From positions 45,012,001-45,076,000 of the forward strand of contig OZ024754.1 in assembly GCA_964016885.1 (NCBI GenBank): 64,000 bases of DNA. The letters are read 5' to 3'. Each line of letters starts with the position of its first letter. Position 1 is the first letter of the stretch. A program made the translations under genes and the position numbers. Origin of the DNA: Eledone cirrhosa (lineage: Eukaryota). Below, piece by piece: positions 13,366-29,296 of the stretch. The notes beneath the pieces were generated by a model that did no database searches, had not been told where the DNA came from, and saw nothing but the letters and a program-made list of their open reading frames with translations.

Positions 13366-14271
13366 TATATACATACAGAGAGAGAGAGAGAGGGGGGGGG
13401 GGGCGGTGGGAGAGAGAGAGAGAGAGAGAGCTCTGTGTGTGTGTGTGCGTATACCATATGTATCTGTATATGTATAGGTGTGTGTGTTTGAGTGCTGGTG
13501 CGATAGATTCTGTATGATTAGGTTGTTTGCACATCTCCGGAATGTTAAGACTTTCACTGAAATATGGAGACGATTCCAATGTTGCAACTACTGCAATATT
13601 GAGCCGTTGATGTCCACCTGAGAAACCATCTTCTATGTATGTATGTGTGTATGTATGTGTGTATGTATGTGTGTATGTATGTGTGTATGTATGCATGTAT
13701 GCATTATGTGTGTATGTGTGCATGTATGTATGTATGTGTGTATTTATTATGTGTGTATGTGAGTGTTTATGTATTGTGTGTATGTGTGTATGTGTGTATG
13801 TATGTATGTATGCGTGTATGTATATATGTGTGCATGTGTCTATGTATGTATGTATGTGTCTATGTATGTATGTCTGTATATATGCGCGTATTAATGTTTG
13901 TATATATATATATATATGCATGCATGAATGAATGAATGAAATGTCTATATATGTGTGTCTATGTATGTATGTATGTATGTTTGTATGTATGTATGTATGT
14001 ATGTATGTATGTATGTATGTCTGTATGTATGTATGTATGTTTCTAAATATGTGTGTGTGTCTATGTATATATGTATGTATGTATGTGTCTATGTATGTAT
14101 GTGTGTTTAGGTAAAGTTTCTGCAATTGTTATTCCACCTCCATTTTCAAGCAGTCACCCTCGCATTACCCCGGGTGTGAGGCTAAGATTGAATTAGCACA
14201 TTAAATATATACACCCACGCAGAACGTATACTTATACACACACACTCACACGTACACAGACGTACATATTC

Positions 14272-14326
<55 letters not shown>

Positions 14327-14658
14327 ATATTTATATATATCATATATTTACATATGATATATTTATATGTATATTTATATATATATGTATATATATATAT
14401 ACATATATATATATTTATGGATACATATATATAAATATTAGGTATATATATATATACATATATATAATAGACCACATTGAATATATATATATATATATAC
14501 ACGTGTGTGTGTATTTGAGTGTGTGTATATGTGTGATTGTGAATAAGTATGTGTATAAATATATACACATGTTTATATTTGTGAACGGCAGAGATAATTA
14601 GATTCCTTCCAAGAATTTAACGTAAAATTCCTTCGTTTCGTTTGTTTCCTGCTGACTG

Positions 14659-14689
<31 letters not shown>

Positions 14690-14731
14690 GCACAGCACAT
14701 ATTCACAAAGACAATCACATATATACATATA

Positions 14732-14766
<35 letters not shown>

Positions 14767-14790
14767 AATATATATATATATGTATATGTC

Positions 14791-14879
<89 letters not shown>

Positions 14880-15436
14880 GTGTATATATATATATAGACA
14901 CACGTCAGTTTCTGCAATTTAGTTTGGTCCAATTTGAATAATATCTGAAAAGGCAATTATTTTTCTCATATTTTTCTTTCTTCCATTTTCTCTTTTCTTT
15001 CTTTCTTCCTTTACTTTTCTCTTTCTTTCCTTTTATTTTTGGTATATTTTTTTCTCTATTCTTTCCCCTTCTTTCTAACCCCCCCCCCCCCATTCAACAG
15101 ATGTACATGAGATATGCTATACATACATACATTGGTCACTGTCTGTAAGTATGGTCCCGTAACTCCTGATAGAGTGGTAGGGGCGCTGTACTGACATAAG
15201 GAGTTTCTTGGGCATTTTAAGCCTGATGGAGCCCTTCCCTCCCCAGGCCTGAGTACAGAAAATTTCTTGCAGAGAGAGACAGTAAGTGAGAGGAAATGAG
15301 AAAGAGATAAAGAGGAAGAATCGACCCCAGTACTAGACTGGTACTTTTATTATCGACCTCGAAAGGATGAAAGGCAAAGTTGACCTCGGTGGGATTTGAA
15401 CTCAGAGAGTAGAGAGCCGGAACGAATACCATGAAG

Positions 15437-15916
15437 CATTCTAGCTGACGTTCTAACGACTGCCATTCTATCTGACGTTCTAACGACTGCCATTCTATCT
15501 GACGTTCTAACGACTGCCATTCTATCTGACGTTCTAACGACTGCCATTCTATCCGACGTTCTAACGACTGCCATTCTATCCGACGTTCTAACGACTGCCA
15601 TTCTATCTGACGTTCTAACGACTGCCATTCTATCTGACGTTCTAACGACTGCCATTCTATCCGACGTTCTAACGACTGCCATTCTATCCGACGTTCTAAC
15701 GACTGCCATTCTATCTGACGTTCTAACGACTGCCATTCTATCTGACGTTCTAACGACTGCCATTCTATCTGACGTTCTAACGACTGCCATTCTATCTGAC
15801 GTTCTAACGACTGCCATTCTATCCGACGTTCTAACGACTGCCATTCTATCTGACGTTCTAACGACTGCCATTCTATCTGACGTTCTAACGACTGCCATTC
15901 TATCTGACGTTCTAAC
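15437..15916. repeat. 27-bp minisatellite, about 17 units
   Basis: Unit ctgacgttctaacgactgccattctat, with a C/T variant. Confidence 0.95.
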
Positions 15917-16044
15917 TGGGGTCGATTCTTCCTCTTTCTGGAATAAATCTGCTGTACTCAGGCTTGGAGAGGGATAGGCTCCGCCAGGCTTAAAATGTCC
16001 AAGAAGAGCCGAATGTCAATACGGAACCATACATACACACACAC

Positions 16045-16152
<108 letters not shown>

Positions 16153-17364
16153 ATGTATATATATATATATATATGTATGTATATGTATATATATATATAT
16201 ACATATACATACATATATATATATATATATACATATACATACATATACATACATATATATATACATATACATACATATACATACATATATATATATATAT
16301 ATACATACATATATATATATATACATACATATATATATATATATATACATATACATACATATACATATATATATATACATATACATACATATATACATAT
16401 ACATACATATATATATATACATACATATATATATCGTAGGCTCTCCGCCCGACCAATTCTGTTATATTCCATTATAAAAAATAGGTCGAGATTTGAGTGT
16501 AACTCTAGATTGTTGGGATCTCGGAAAGACTTCCGAATACTCAGATATTTGTTTATTTCCTTGCCATATCCCTCAACCGAACCACTCCCACTCCAACCCC
16601 ACTCCCCTCCCACACCACCTGCCACTCAACTCCCACTCCAACTCCGCTCCATTCAAACACCACCTGTCACTCAACTCCCACTCCAACCCCCACTCCACTC
16701 CCACTCCAGTTCCACTCCACTCCACTACACTACACAACACTCCACTACACTCCACTCCACTGATACTCCACTACACTCCACTCACACTCCACTCGCACTC
16801 CACTTCACTCGAACATCACTCTTATTCAACTCCCACTAATTTTGTTTCACTCTGTCCAGACACACACGCACATCCAAACACACACACACACACACACACA
16901 TACACATCACATGCATAGATATACACACAAACACACACACACATACACATAGATACACACACACAACACATACACACACACACAACACATAGATACACAC
17001 ACACACAACGCACATATACACACACACACAACACATAGATACACACAAACACATACACATAGATACACACACACACACAATACATATACACACACACAAC
17101 ACATAGATACACACACACAATACATACACACACACACAACACATAGATACACACACACACAACACACACACCAGCAGATATTTTAACTGTAGCTGTTCAA
17201 CAGTTACAAATTATGAAATGTGTGCAAATATTCACTTGGTAATTCTCCAGAACTTTAACTTACTAATAATCTTTTGAAACATCACTTGGGCGGCGGCTGG
17301 GTAAACTGGAGGGTGGGGGAGGGGTGTGGGGGAGATAATCGTTTCTAATGTAGGCATAAGGCAA

Positions 17365-17485
17365 ATAATTGTTTCTACTTTTGGTACAAGGCCAGTAATT
17401 ATCCCAGTGTATTACTGGTGCTTTATTTTATCGACCCTGTAAGAATGAAAAGCAAAGCTAACCTCGGCGGGATTTGAACTCAGAT
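17365..17485 (-). mobile_element. SINE, dominant family, partial
   Basis: Match to the 3' two-thirds of the family. Confidence 0.75.
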
Positions 17486-18247
17486 CAGTATTTCACTGGT
17501 ACCAGCATTTTTCCAGCAGGAGTTATGAGACAATACATACATACCAGTCATGTACTGGTGTTGATTTATTCAGCTTCTCCTTTTACCTAAATTTGATGGG
17601 CTTATACTTAATTTAGAAATCAATGTTTGCCGAAGCGAGACAAAAACGAATGACAGCCCTCCCATCCTCTTTTAAATATAAAACGACAACTAAATACAAA
17701 TATAAATAATTGGGTCATTAAAATTAAATGAATCTATTAAATAATTAAAAATAAATCTAACTTGGTGTTTAATTGAGTTTTTTTGATTGATAGAACGTTC
17801 AATCTTGTTGGCATCTTCGGATAGAATTGGTGAAGCGGATAAAAAACATTTAGGTGAAGGTGGTGGAGTTTTTCTTATTGCAGTTTATAAGTTTTACGTC
17901 TGCAGGCGAAGGGACAAGCCTTTGGAGTTGGGTGAAATGATTGAATGCAAGAATTATTGGCAACTGCTGACTCATTTATCGGAAAATCTAATCCGTTGCT
18001 CTTATTTTCCTTGCGGTTACTTTGCAGTTGTTTTCTTTCTTGAATATCGCTTTTCGCTACCTACCATCTTATATATATATGTGTGTGTGTGAGTGTGTGC
18101 GTGTGTGTATGTGTGTCTGTACGAATGTGTGTGTGCACGTATGTGTGTGTGTACGTATGTGTGTGCATACGTGAGTGTGTGTATGTGTGTGCGTGTGTAT
18201 ATGCATGGCTGTATATGTGCAACTATGGCTATACTTGTATATGCGCA

Positions 18248-18400
18248 GACATGGCTGTATGGTTAAGGAATTCGCCTCGGAACCTCGTTGTTTTGGGTGC
18301 TGTGCTAATGCGTGGCATCTTGGGCGGGTATCTTCTACTAGAAGGTTGGATCGATGTTTGTTGGTGAAACCTGATTGAGGGAAACTGAAGAAGCTCATCG
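18248..18400 (+). mobile_element. Third SINE family, diverged
   Basis: atggctgtatggttaagga tRNA-like head, gcgtggcatcttgggc core, ggaaactgaagaagc 3' part. Confidence 0.55.
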
Positions 18401-18437
18401 TTTCTCTCTCTCTCTCTTTCTCATATATATATATCTA

Positions 18438-18509
<72 letters not shown>

Positions 18510-18916
18510 AGAGAGAGAGAGAGAGAAAGAGAGGGAGATAGATAGATAGAGTTATATATACATGTACAGCTGGATGCTACGGAAATAGAAACAGTTAATC
18601 TTATATTACCTTATTTAAAGAAGTATATATGATATTTGCATTTTCCCAGAATCAATTTTGGCAATCTACTTGCAGAGGAGATAGATATTTCCGTGCACTA
18701 TCTTTACATAAATAAACTCTTGAAGAACCCATTCCTTTCTCATAAATAGGTCAACGATAATATTTCTAGGTCAATTATTATCCATGTTTATAATTTGTTA
18801 AAAACAAAAACAAAAATCAATTCGATTCAGGAATAGAGAATCCTCTTTCCTAACCCATACACCGTTTCTATCTTATCAGTTATCAGTGAAGCAGAAATTA
18901 GACTCCAAAGAAAGTA

Positions 18917-19003
<87 letters not shown>

Positions 19004-19070
19004 ATACTCTTACACTAATACATGTTCAGGCGTACATACAAACATACATACGTATATACACATATAGGTT

Positions 19071-19106
<36 letters not shown>

Positions 19107-19167
19107 TAACAGATTAAAGTTTAAGCAAAGAATCGTTGCTTTCACCCTTAACAGGCTCTTTTGCTAA

Positions 19168-19206
<39 letters not shown>

Positions 19207-19677
19207 TAGCAAAAGAGCCTGTCGTTGCCGGACAGTGTTTGGCTTAAGTTGGTCTTGATCCTGACTAGCTACACCGGCAAATGTAAAGTTGGCCTTGATC
19301 CGGGCAAGATGCAAAGACAAGGTTTAAATTGGATTTGATCTGAACTAACAGACAAGTGTTAAGTTAGCCTTGATCCAGACTAGCTAAAAAGAAAATATCA
19401 CAGTTACAAGTAAGTAAATCACTGTTACCATCACCAAGGACCTCACTATAAATCCTCTCACTACCACCACTACCAAAAAAATAATACGTCAACACCATTA
19501 CCGACACCACCACCACTACAACCACCAGAATCACAACCCCTATCAGCTGTGTTACCTCCCTTAGTTCTCCTCCTTCACTAAACACTATAGACTTCTTTGT
19601 TAGTTGATTCAAGTTTAAATATGTCTGCTATGTTATCTATTTCACTTATTTATCAATGGCTTCGTCTGCATCTCAAA

Positions 19678-19748
<71 letters not shown>

Positions 19749-19789
19749 GTAAATATATGTGTGCATGTGTATCTATGTATGCGTGTATG

Positions 19790-19832
<43 letters not shown>

Positions 19833-19843
19833 GAGAAAGAGAG

Positions 19844-19898
<55 letters not shown>

Positions 19899-20173
19899 TA
19901 GATAGATAGATAGATAGATGTCAATATTTATGTAACATTTCTATTCTGAAATACGACCCATGTAAACATGCAACATAAGTTTACTGTATATAAAATGTTT
20001 GTCAGGAGTGGCGAAGGTGTGGTAGGGTGTGTATAGAGGGGGAAATGTCGGCTGGTATAGGGGGAAACGTCGGGTGGTATACGAGGGACTCTGCTACCCT
20101 TAAGATAAGAGACAGAAAATAGGGGAAAATGAATGAAATATAATCTGTTTGTATGTATGTTTGTTTTTGTGTG

Positions 20174-20238
<65 letters not shown>

Positions 20239-20397
20239 AGAAGTTGACGGGACTAGCATAAGGTTTCCTTGCTAGTACCAGTTGCATCTCAGTGTACTCA
20301 ATAAGTAAGGTTATTTAAAAATCCCAGAGTAGACATACATTTATTTGCTTCAATACAACACACGTAAATGGCTACCATGAATATATATATATATATA

Positions 20398-20577
20398 TAA
20401 TTGTTTCTACGTTTGGCACAAGGCCAGCAATTACCTCAGTGCATTACTGGTACTTTATTTTATCGACTCCGTAAGGATGAAAGGCAAAGTTAACCTCGTC
20501 GGGATTTGAACTCAGAGCGTAAAGGGCCATAACTTTGCTGCAAGGCATCGTGTCTGACGTTCTGCCGATTCTGCCAC
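20398..20577 (-). mobile_element. SINE, dominant family
   Basis: Reverse-complement match. Confidence 0.85.
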
Positions 20578-20639
20578 GATACAATTGCAGTTAAGTATCC
20601 CACACTTTAGGTTGAAGTCACCTTTCTCGCGTTTATGTT

Positions 20640-20700
<61 letters not shown>

Positions 20701-21189
20701 GCATGTGCGTGGTCGTGTGTGCATGTGTGTATGTGTCCCTGTGTATTTATAAAAATGTCATGCACGAATATACTTTGGACTAAAACAACTATAATCTCAC
20801 AAATATAAAAAGGACAGAGGAGGTATGCAGACACGTACATCGATACTTACACACAGAAGTTCCCTTTCTACATACATACAAAGATGTATATAAACCCACC
20901 CACTGCCACCAAACCCATTACTGTCTAAACAACTACTCTGTAAGTCTACAACAATAGCGAGTCTGTTCCTCCTATGAAAATGGCGTAATTGTTAATTCTG
21001 GTTTACACATTGAGAGCGTGACAAACTCTACCATTAGATAAGGTCCTATGTTCAAATCATGCTACAGGTGGTGTGTTCTGTGTTCTTTTATATATATATT
21101 TATTTATTTATTTATTGGTTTGTCTCTTACACTTTCACATATGCACACGTTAGTATACATACAAACATACAAATATGTATATACATATA

Positions 21190-21232
<43 letters not shown>

Positions 21233-21379
21233 TAATTCATACGCACACACATACACACACACACACACATATATATATATATGTATGAATGGATGGATGT
21301 ATATATATATATACCCTGATGGTATCCAATGATGTTGACTTGTTCTTCTTTTTGGTAAATATCATCTTGGTTAAGAGAG

Positions 21380-21650
21380 TGGGACTGGCTTTGTGCAGTG
21401 CCTTTGCTCACTATAAAAGCTTCACGGCACAGGAATTGCTTTATATCTGGAGATCTCTCTGCACTTGTCGTCACATGGTACCATGGGCCCAGAACTATGT
21501 GTCAGTATTTGTCACAAGTGTAGTGTCTGTACCATAGTTTTCAAGTCGCTGGCTGGACTAAAAAGTCACACTCGTTCAGCGCATCGGTAGGGGTTCTCCT
21601 ACATGGATATAAAGTAGTGGCTGTATTCGAAAACGAGTTGGCAGCCACCA
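21380..21650 (+). mobile_element. Probable LINE 3' end with a C-terminal C2H2 finger (related remnant at about 56150-56255)
   Basis: [25 protein letters not shown] at about 21512-21589; ggactaaaaagtcac is shared by both sites. Confidence 0.5.
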
Positions 21651-21806
<156 letters not shown>

Positions 21807-22129
21807 AATTTAAAGTTCGATACCCTATTATAATTTTACCCGTCTGACCAATGTATATTGGTCCACCTGATGATGTGTCGTTCATCTGACCAATGTATAT
21901 CCTGCAATTCAGTCATTTCATACACTGAATCAGGTTTCTGCTTTTACTATTCATATTTGCATTTGCGAATATTTTTCTTCCAAGCCTTGTGTTATAACGA
22001 CCAGCATTTGACATTACCACAACGACTGTCATTATCCTTAGTTACAGGGAAGTTTTTATTGTTGTTGTTTTCATCAAACTTTACCCTTGGCATCAATTGT
22101 CTCAAATTCTTTGAATAAACCTTCTACCA

Positions 22130-22177
<48 letters not shown>

Positions 22178-22517
22178 ATGTGTGTGTGTGTGTGTATGTA
22201 TGTATTTATGTATTTATGTATGTATATAATAAATACAAAGACCAAAATCCAGAGAGGACACGATCAGAATAGTAAATATATATATATATGTGTGTCTGTG
22301 TGTGTCAGTGTGTATGTGTGTGTGTCAGTGTGTATATGTGTGTATATGTGTGTATGTAATCTATGTATGTATAAGCCATAGTATATATAAAACTGTAGAG
22401 AGAATATTTATTATCAATACAGTTTAAAAGTTTAAGCAAACAATTTCTACTTTCACCCTTTTTCGAAGACCACGAAAAAAGGTGAAAGTAGACATTGTTC
22501 GCTTAAACATTTAATCT

Positions 22518-22580
<63 letters not shown>

Positions 22581-22582
22581 AT

Positions 22583-22613
<31 letters not shown>

Positions 22614-22713
22614 TACATATATGTATTCGAATTAGTACCATAGAACAACAATTATATTATAGACACCCTATATATCTCTATGGGTACTTAGTACTCAGTG
22701 AGATATTTACCTC

Positions 22714-22788
<75 letters not shown>

Positions 22789-23763
22789 GAAAGGCTTCTA
22801 CAGGACTAGAACTGTTTCATTAGTGGAGTTGTCATTAGCTCGTTCGATATTTATTCCATAACTCGTTATAACCGACCTAACACCCACCTCAAACAATATA
22901 TTGAAAAGCGAAGACAGAAACCCTCTAAAAAAAACCTCACAATTCTCACAATTATGTTTGTCAAAATATATAAATAATCATTTTTTTCTAGTTAGCAGTC
23001 ACAGCAACAGTACGACACTAAAAGAGTATCAAAAACAAACTAAAGCTATAATTAGCAAGCAAAGAAAGCAAGACAGTGAAATAATATCTAATAAACATAA
23101 AAGATAAAAAGATTATGGTCTGTGTTTATAACAAGAAGATAATATGTGGGAAGTGGGTATGAAGTGGGGCTAGAAGTGTATGTGGTGTTGATTGGTGACA
23201 GGACTTGTTAGAAGATATAATATTACGAAACACTGGATGTAATTAGGCTAAGAGTTAAGGTCAAATTTAATGTAACTTGGTGCTCCTTCAAAATGGCGCC
23301 CGTTTAGCTATGTTGTTGACTGTAAATACTGACACAAGCATATATTATATATACAGGATTACACATGTACACATTCATATACACACAGAGTCGCATGCAC
23401 ACATGCACATGCATATATATATATTATATAATATAAGTATAAATAAACATCACACAAAAAACAAAAACGAAGGATGATATTTTGACACGTGTGTGTGTGC
23501 AAGTGTTTGTATATATGTCTATGTACGTTTGTGTGTGTAGGTGAACATTTATATATACATGTGTGTGTATATGTAAATATGCATGTGTGCATGTAAGTGT
23601 GTGTGAAATATTTCTATTGTATTTATTCTGTTTCTTTTTTCTACAACCTTCACCTCCCAAATGTCAGATCTGTTGACAAGATCTAACAACACTTCACAAG
23701 GTAGTTCATAATATTTATAAATATATCATAACACACACACACACATATTTATATATATATATA

Positions 23764-24019
23764 TCTAATATATATTTGTGAAATGGGCGGTGGTTGAAAT
23801 TCAGATGTGCACGGTTAAATGGTAGTAGACGTGGTCGGACGGACATGAAAATTTACACACCTATGTAAAAAGTGCCAAGGAAGCAAATAGACGAGCCCCA
23901 AGTGCATATTTCTATTTGTTTTCCTGAAACTAGTTCTTTATAATAAAATTTCAATAATATTTTTCAAATTATTAACTTAATAAAAAGTGGCCCCGGGTGC
24001 AACCGGGCTCAGCTGCTAG
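23764..24019 (+). mobile_element. Non-autonomous Helitron
   Basis: Starts a|TC, ends with a GC hairpin (cccggg tgcaa ccggg) and then CTAG|t. Confidence 0.7.
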
Positions 24020-24040
24020 TATATATATATATATACATAA

Positions 24041-24100
<60 letters not shown>

Positions 24101-24102
<2 letters not shown>

Positions 24103-24459
24103 GATATTAATAAATGGAAACTATATTTATAAAACCATATTTATTTCATTATACATATTTCAGGGATACCAAATTAAATTATGGTATGCCTTCATCAGAC
24201 AAAATACAATATATAACAGTTTTACAAATAAGCGTTGACGCTTATTTGTAAAACTGTTATATATTGTATTTTGTCTGATGAAGGCATACCATAATTTAAT
24301 TTGGTATCCCTGAAATATGTATAATGAAATAAATATGGTTTTATAAATATAGTTTCCATTTATTAATATCGTATATCTACTCCAAATACTTGTCGAGTGC
24401 TTTATATCAGTTATAAAAATATTTACTTGTTGTATCCCAACAATTTTAAATAGAACTTT

Positions 24460-24462
<3 letters not shown>
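24101..24462 (+). mobile_element. Family B micro-element: perfect 135-bp inverted repeat plus ~90-nt tail, in (TA)n
   Basis: Arms 24101-24235 and 24238-24372 with a 2-nt spacer; contains a hammerhead motif. Confidence 0.8.
24267..24331 (+). ncRNA. Minimal type I hammerhead ribozyme motif (mirror copy on the - strand at 24142..24206)
   Basis: Stem I tattttgt/atgaaata, core CTGATGA 24275-81, stem II ATACCA/TGGTAT, GAAA 24312-15, near-palindromic minimal stem III, putative AUA triplet. Confidence 0.7.
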
Positions 24463-24537
<75 letters not shown>

Positions 24538-24602
24538 GTATATAAAAACATAAATATATATATATAGAAATAAATATATGATGTAAGCGCTGTTTGTTTT
24601 TG

Positions 24603-24727
<125 letters not shown>

Positions 24728-24930
24728 CATATATATATACACATATCATTTCTGAAGACAGCATGTATATGTGAAGGTATGTATATTTCCTCTGATAATT
24801 TGTAATATTTTTACATAGATCTATATGATATACATACCAACACACATATACATCCTAGAAGCGATCGTAAAATGATGAATTTTTTAATATAAGGAACTTG
24901 TTCTTTGTTTTTATTTCATTGTTTTTATTA

Positions 24931-25020
<90 letters not shown>

Positions 25021-25023
<3 letters not shown>

Positions 25024-25230
25024 CAATGAGTTATTTAATTTGTTGATTATTCATCAAATTTAGTTTATAACAGTTTAGAAGCACTCTACAAGTTTCTTCT
25101 GGAGTATAATATCAATAATATTAATAAATGGAAGATATCTTTATAAAACCATATTTATTTTATTATATATATTTCACGGGTACCACATTTTTTTGGTACG
25201 CTGTCATCAAATAAAATACAAAAGTTGTTT
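25021..25230 (-). mobile_element. Family B diverged copy without fold-back
   Basis: Homologous to 24260-24460 on the opposite strand; tail abuts (TA)n. Confidence 0.6.
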
Positions 25231-25919
25231 TACAGATAGTGACATATTCAAAACTAGAACTTAGCGTTTTGAGTTCTGTTCTATTCACATAGTTGTTGTA
25301 GTAGTGGTGGTAGTGGTGGTCGTAGTTGTTCTAGTTGTGGTGGTAGTTGTAGTAGTTGTAGTAGTGGTAGTTGTAGTAGTTGTAGTAGTGGTGGTAGTAG
25401 TGGTCGTAGTTGTTGTAGTTGTGGTGGTAGTTGTAGTAGTGTAGTTGTAGTAGTTGTAGTAGTGGTGGTAGTGGTGATATAATGCCAATGTGGCCACAGT
25501 AAACGTTATTTTCTATCTGTGATGTTTCACCTTAGTAACTCTCTAATTCACCGCTAGATGGCCTGATGTGACATAATTACTAGTTTCACACTAAAAACAC
25601 ACAACCTAATTAGTTGGGGTAATTTATTTCAGGGTTCATCAGTGAGGGTTGTGGTGTGAGGGAGATGGCGGGGGTGTCAGTGGCGGTGAAGTGAGAGAGA
25701 GGGGGGGGAGTGTGACAGTAGCGGAGGTGGAGGTGGTGTTGGCAGTGGTGGTTGTGGTGTTCAGCAATATAGAATGGTAAAAATGACAAACTAGTTACAA
25801 TTCTGAAATGTCTGTGTGCCAATAGCTGGTCAAAAACTATATCTAATTTCTCATGTCTGAGTGTCACGAGGTCTAGCAGTCTCTCCCCACCCCTCTCTCT
25901 CTCACTCCCAACCTCTCTC

Positions 25920-25997
<78 letters not shown>

Positions 25998-26150
25998 CTG
26001 TCATTCTATCCCACATTGTCCATATATCATCTCTGTAATTGGCTGTCACCCATAAATTTCTCAATTTTGACATTTAAAAAAAATATATATTTATGGTTTC
26101 CTCTATTTTGCTTCACACCTACTCCCCCCCAACACACACACACCACACAC

Positions 26151-26237
<87 letters not shown>

Positions 26238-26305
26238 TGTGTGTGTGTTGTTAAATTATGAGCAACTACTTTCGAGGTACTCAATACATTAGTAGAGTGT
26301 GAACA

Positions 26306-26342
<37 letters not shown>

Positions 26343-26469
26343 TATATCTATCTATATATATATAGAGATAGATAGACAGATAGCTAGAGAGATAGACAGA
26401 TACAGAGATAGACTCCACCACACACACACACACACACATTTATATATCCATACATACATATACATACAT

Positions 26470-26522
<53 letters not shown>

Positions 26523-26529
26523 AAGAGTG

Positions 26530-26573
<44 letters not shown>

Positions 26574-26685
26574 GAAAATAAGGGCGCTGCGGAGTTGCAA
26601 ATGGGTTACATATGAAAAAAGTTTGTCCTTCATCAGTGATCTTCCAACCATCATAGGCATTTCATCGCTTTAAAGACCATATAAA

Positions 26686-26772
<87 letters not shown>

Positions 26773-26776
<4 letters not shown>

Positions 26777-26950
26777 AAAAAGTATACCCCGACGGCAGAG
26801 CTTAAGCCGTATATTCCAGAAATAGCCGTCGAAACGGCTTGAGCTCTGCCGTCGGAGTCATACTTTTTCCTATTTCCCACTCTACTACCCTAAGTATTGA
26901 GTACTCTGGTGCGTTATGGTCCACCTGGTTCCTTACCACATTTCCTTTGT
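26773..26950 (+). mobile_element. Family A micro-element with fold-back, opposite orientation
   Basis: gtcGAAACggcttgagctctgccGTC plus tail into (TA)n, with an inverted arm upstream. Confidence 0.7.
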
Positions 26951-26983
26951 TATATATCTATATATATATATATATACAGTATA

Positions 26984-27126
<143 letters not shown>

Positions 27127-27382
27127 TAGCAATGTGAAACTGCCAGAAGTCAATAGATAGTACATTATCTCCTATAACATCTAACCTTCCTTATTGCTTA
27201 TCTCAACATCTAAAGAGTCAATTAGATTATTTTCATGTTTCAAATAACGTCAATTGACATTCCAAAGTATATCTATCTCCGCCATCTTCGGATTTACCTA
27301 TCACTTGTTACATCCGGTGAAAGGAATCATGGGAAGTATTGGAAACCATGCTATCATTCGAGCTTTCGTTGTTTTTTCTTTG

Positions 27383-27447
<65 letters not shown>

Positions 27448-27526
27448 TAGACATAGACATAGATATACATATATATGTTTATCTATCTATCAATCTATCT
27501 TTCTCTATATGTATGTGTGTGTATGT

Positions 27527-27603
<77 letters not shown>

Positions 27604-27619
27604 TGTATATATATATATA

Positions 27620-27676
<57 letters not shown>

Positions 27677-27729
27677 TCTATATATATATACGATATTAAC
27701 ATATTTGTATACGATATATACATATATGC

Positions 27730-27797
<68 letters not shown>

Positions 27798-27839
27798 GCA
27801 TATATATATAATGCATATATGTATACATATATACATATA

Positions 27840-27885
<46 letters not shown>

Positions 27886-28326
27886 CATATATGTATATGT
27901 ATGCATATATACATATACACATGTACACACACACACACACACATACACATAACACATATATGTATAACAGTGTTGTAGTTTGCTATATATATGTGTGTGT
28001 GTGTGTGTGTAGAGTGTGTCTGTATGTGTGTGTATATATGTGTGTCTATGTGTGTGCGTATATGTGTGTATGCGTGTGAGGAGGTGGTTGTATTAGTAAC
28101 AGTAACATTTGAGTAGAAAAAGATGAGTCAAGGAAAGTAACTCAAATGGAACAATGGCAGGAACTTGGGTAAATAACTCAAAGTGTGATGTACTGAACAC
28201 CACATAGACAAACACACACACACAAACACACACATACACATACACACATACACACACACATACACATACACACATACACATAAACACTCTCTGAAACATA
28301 AAGACATACATACCCAAACGGAAAGA

Positions 28327-28373
<47 letters not shown>

Positions 28374-28596
28374 TTGGTGTATGTGTGTGTATGATATTAT
28401 GTATGTGTGTGCCACAGTGTGTAATTCTGTGTGTGTGCGTGTATATATATATACACATTACACACACATACATAATATCACACATACACACAAACATAGC
28501 TAGATATTCACACAGTCTCACACACAAGGAAGATACTTTATTGAAATTTTCCTATTAGTTCTAGAAAGAACAGACACACACATACAAACACACACA

Positions 28597-28655
<59 letters not shown>

Positions 28656-29107
28656 ACATACACACAGACACACACACACACAAACACACACAGACACACA
28701 GACACACACAGACACACAGACACACACACACACACAAACACAGACACACAGACAAACACACACACACACACACACACACATACACACAGACACACACACA
28801 CCTCGCGGCAATGTGTGTTTGTCACGAAGAATGGATCGGGAGGGGTAGTGGGGGAACAACAAAAGAAGGAAAGAAGGAAAGAAAGAAAACAAGGGAAGAT
28901 TATAAGAAAGAAAGCGAGAAAGAAAGAAGACCAAAGAAATAAAGACAGAAAGAAAGAAAGTATAGATAGAGAGAGAGAGTTAAGTTATCTGAGAGTCTCA
29001 GAGATACCATTTCTGATATGAGAACAACCTCAGATCTATTTTCATACACGGCACCTTGGCTGTTTCCAGGTTCTACTATATCACTGAATCACTGTATATA
29101 TATATAT

Positions 29108-29178
<71 letters not shown>

Positions 29179-29245
29179 GAGAGCGAGAAAAAAAAAGTGA
29201 GTGTATATATATATTTATAGATATATATGTAAATATATATACAGG

Positions 29246-29296
29246 GGCTTCCTGATGATCTCTCCCGAATGAAACAGTTCTAGTTCTGTAGAAGCC
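29246..29296 (+). ncRNA. Type I hammerhead ribozyme motif with decayed stem II
   Basis: GGCTTC-CTGATGA-tctctcccgaat-GAAACAG-ttctagtt-CTGTA-GAAGCC: 6-bp stem I, 4-bp stem III, GUA triplet. A related fragment lies on the - strand at about 22787-22842. Confidence 0.65.

Noticed and set aside
15350-15898. (MAVVRTSDR)n ORF, or a CRISPR-like array
   Set aside because: It is a head-to-tail 27-bp minisatellite with no spacers, in a eukaryotic context with no cas genes.
26570-26682. CTGATGA-containing TA-embedded island (relative at 33008-33098) as a hammerhead
   Set aside because: The repeat is real, but there is no stem II-GAAA downstream of the core, so I did not call it a ribozyme.
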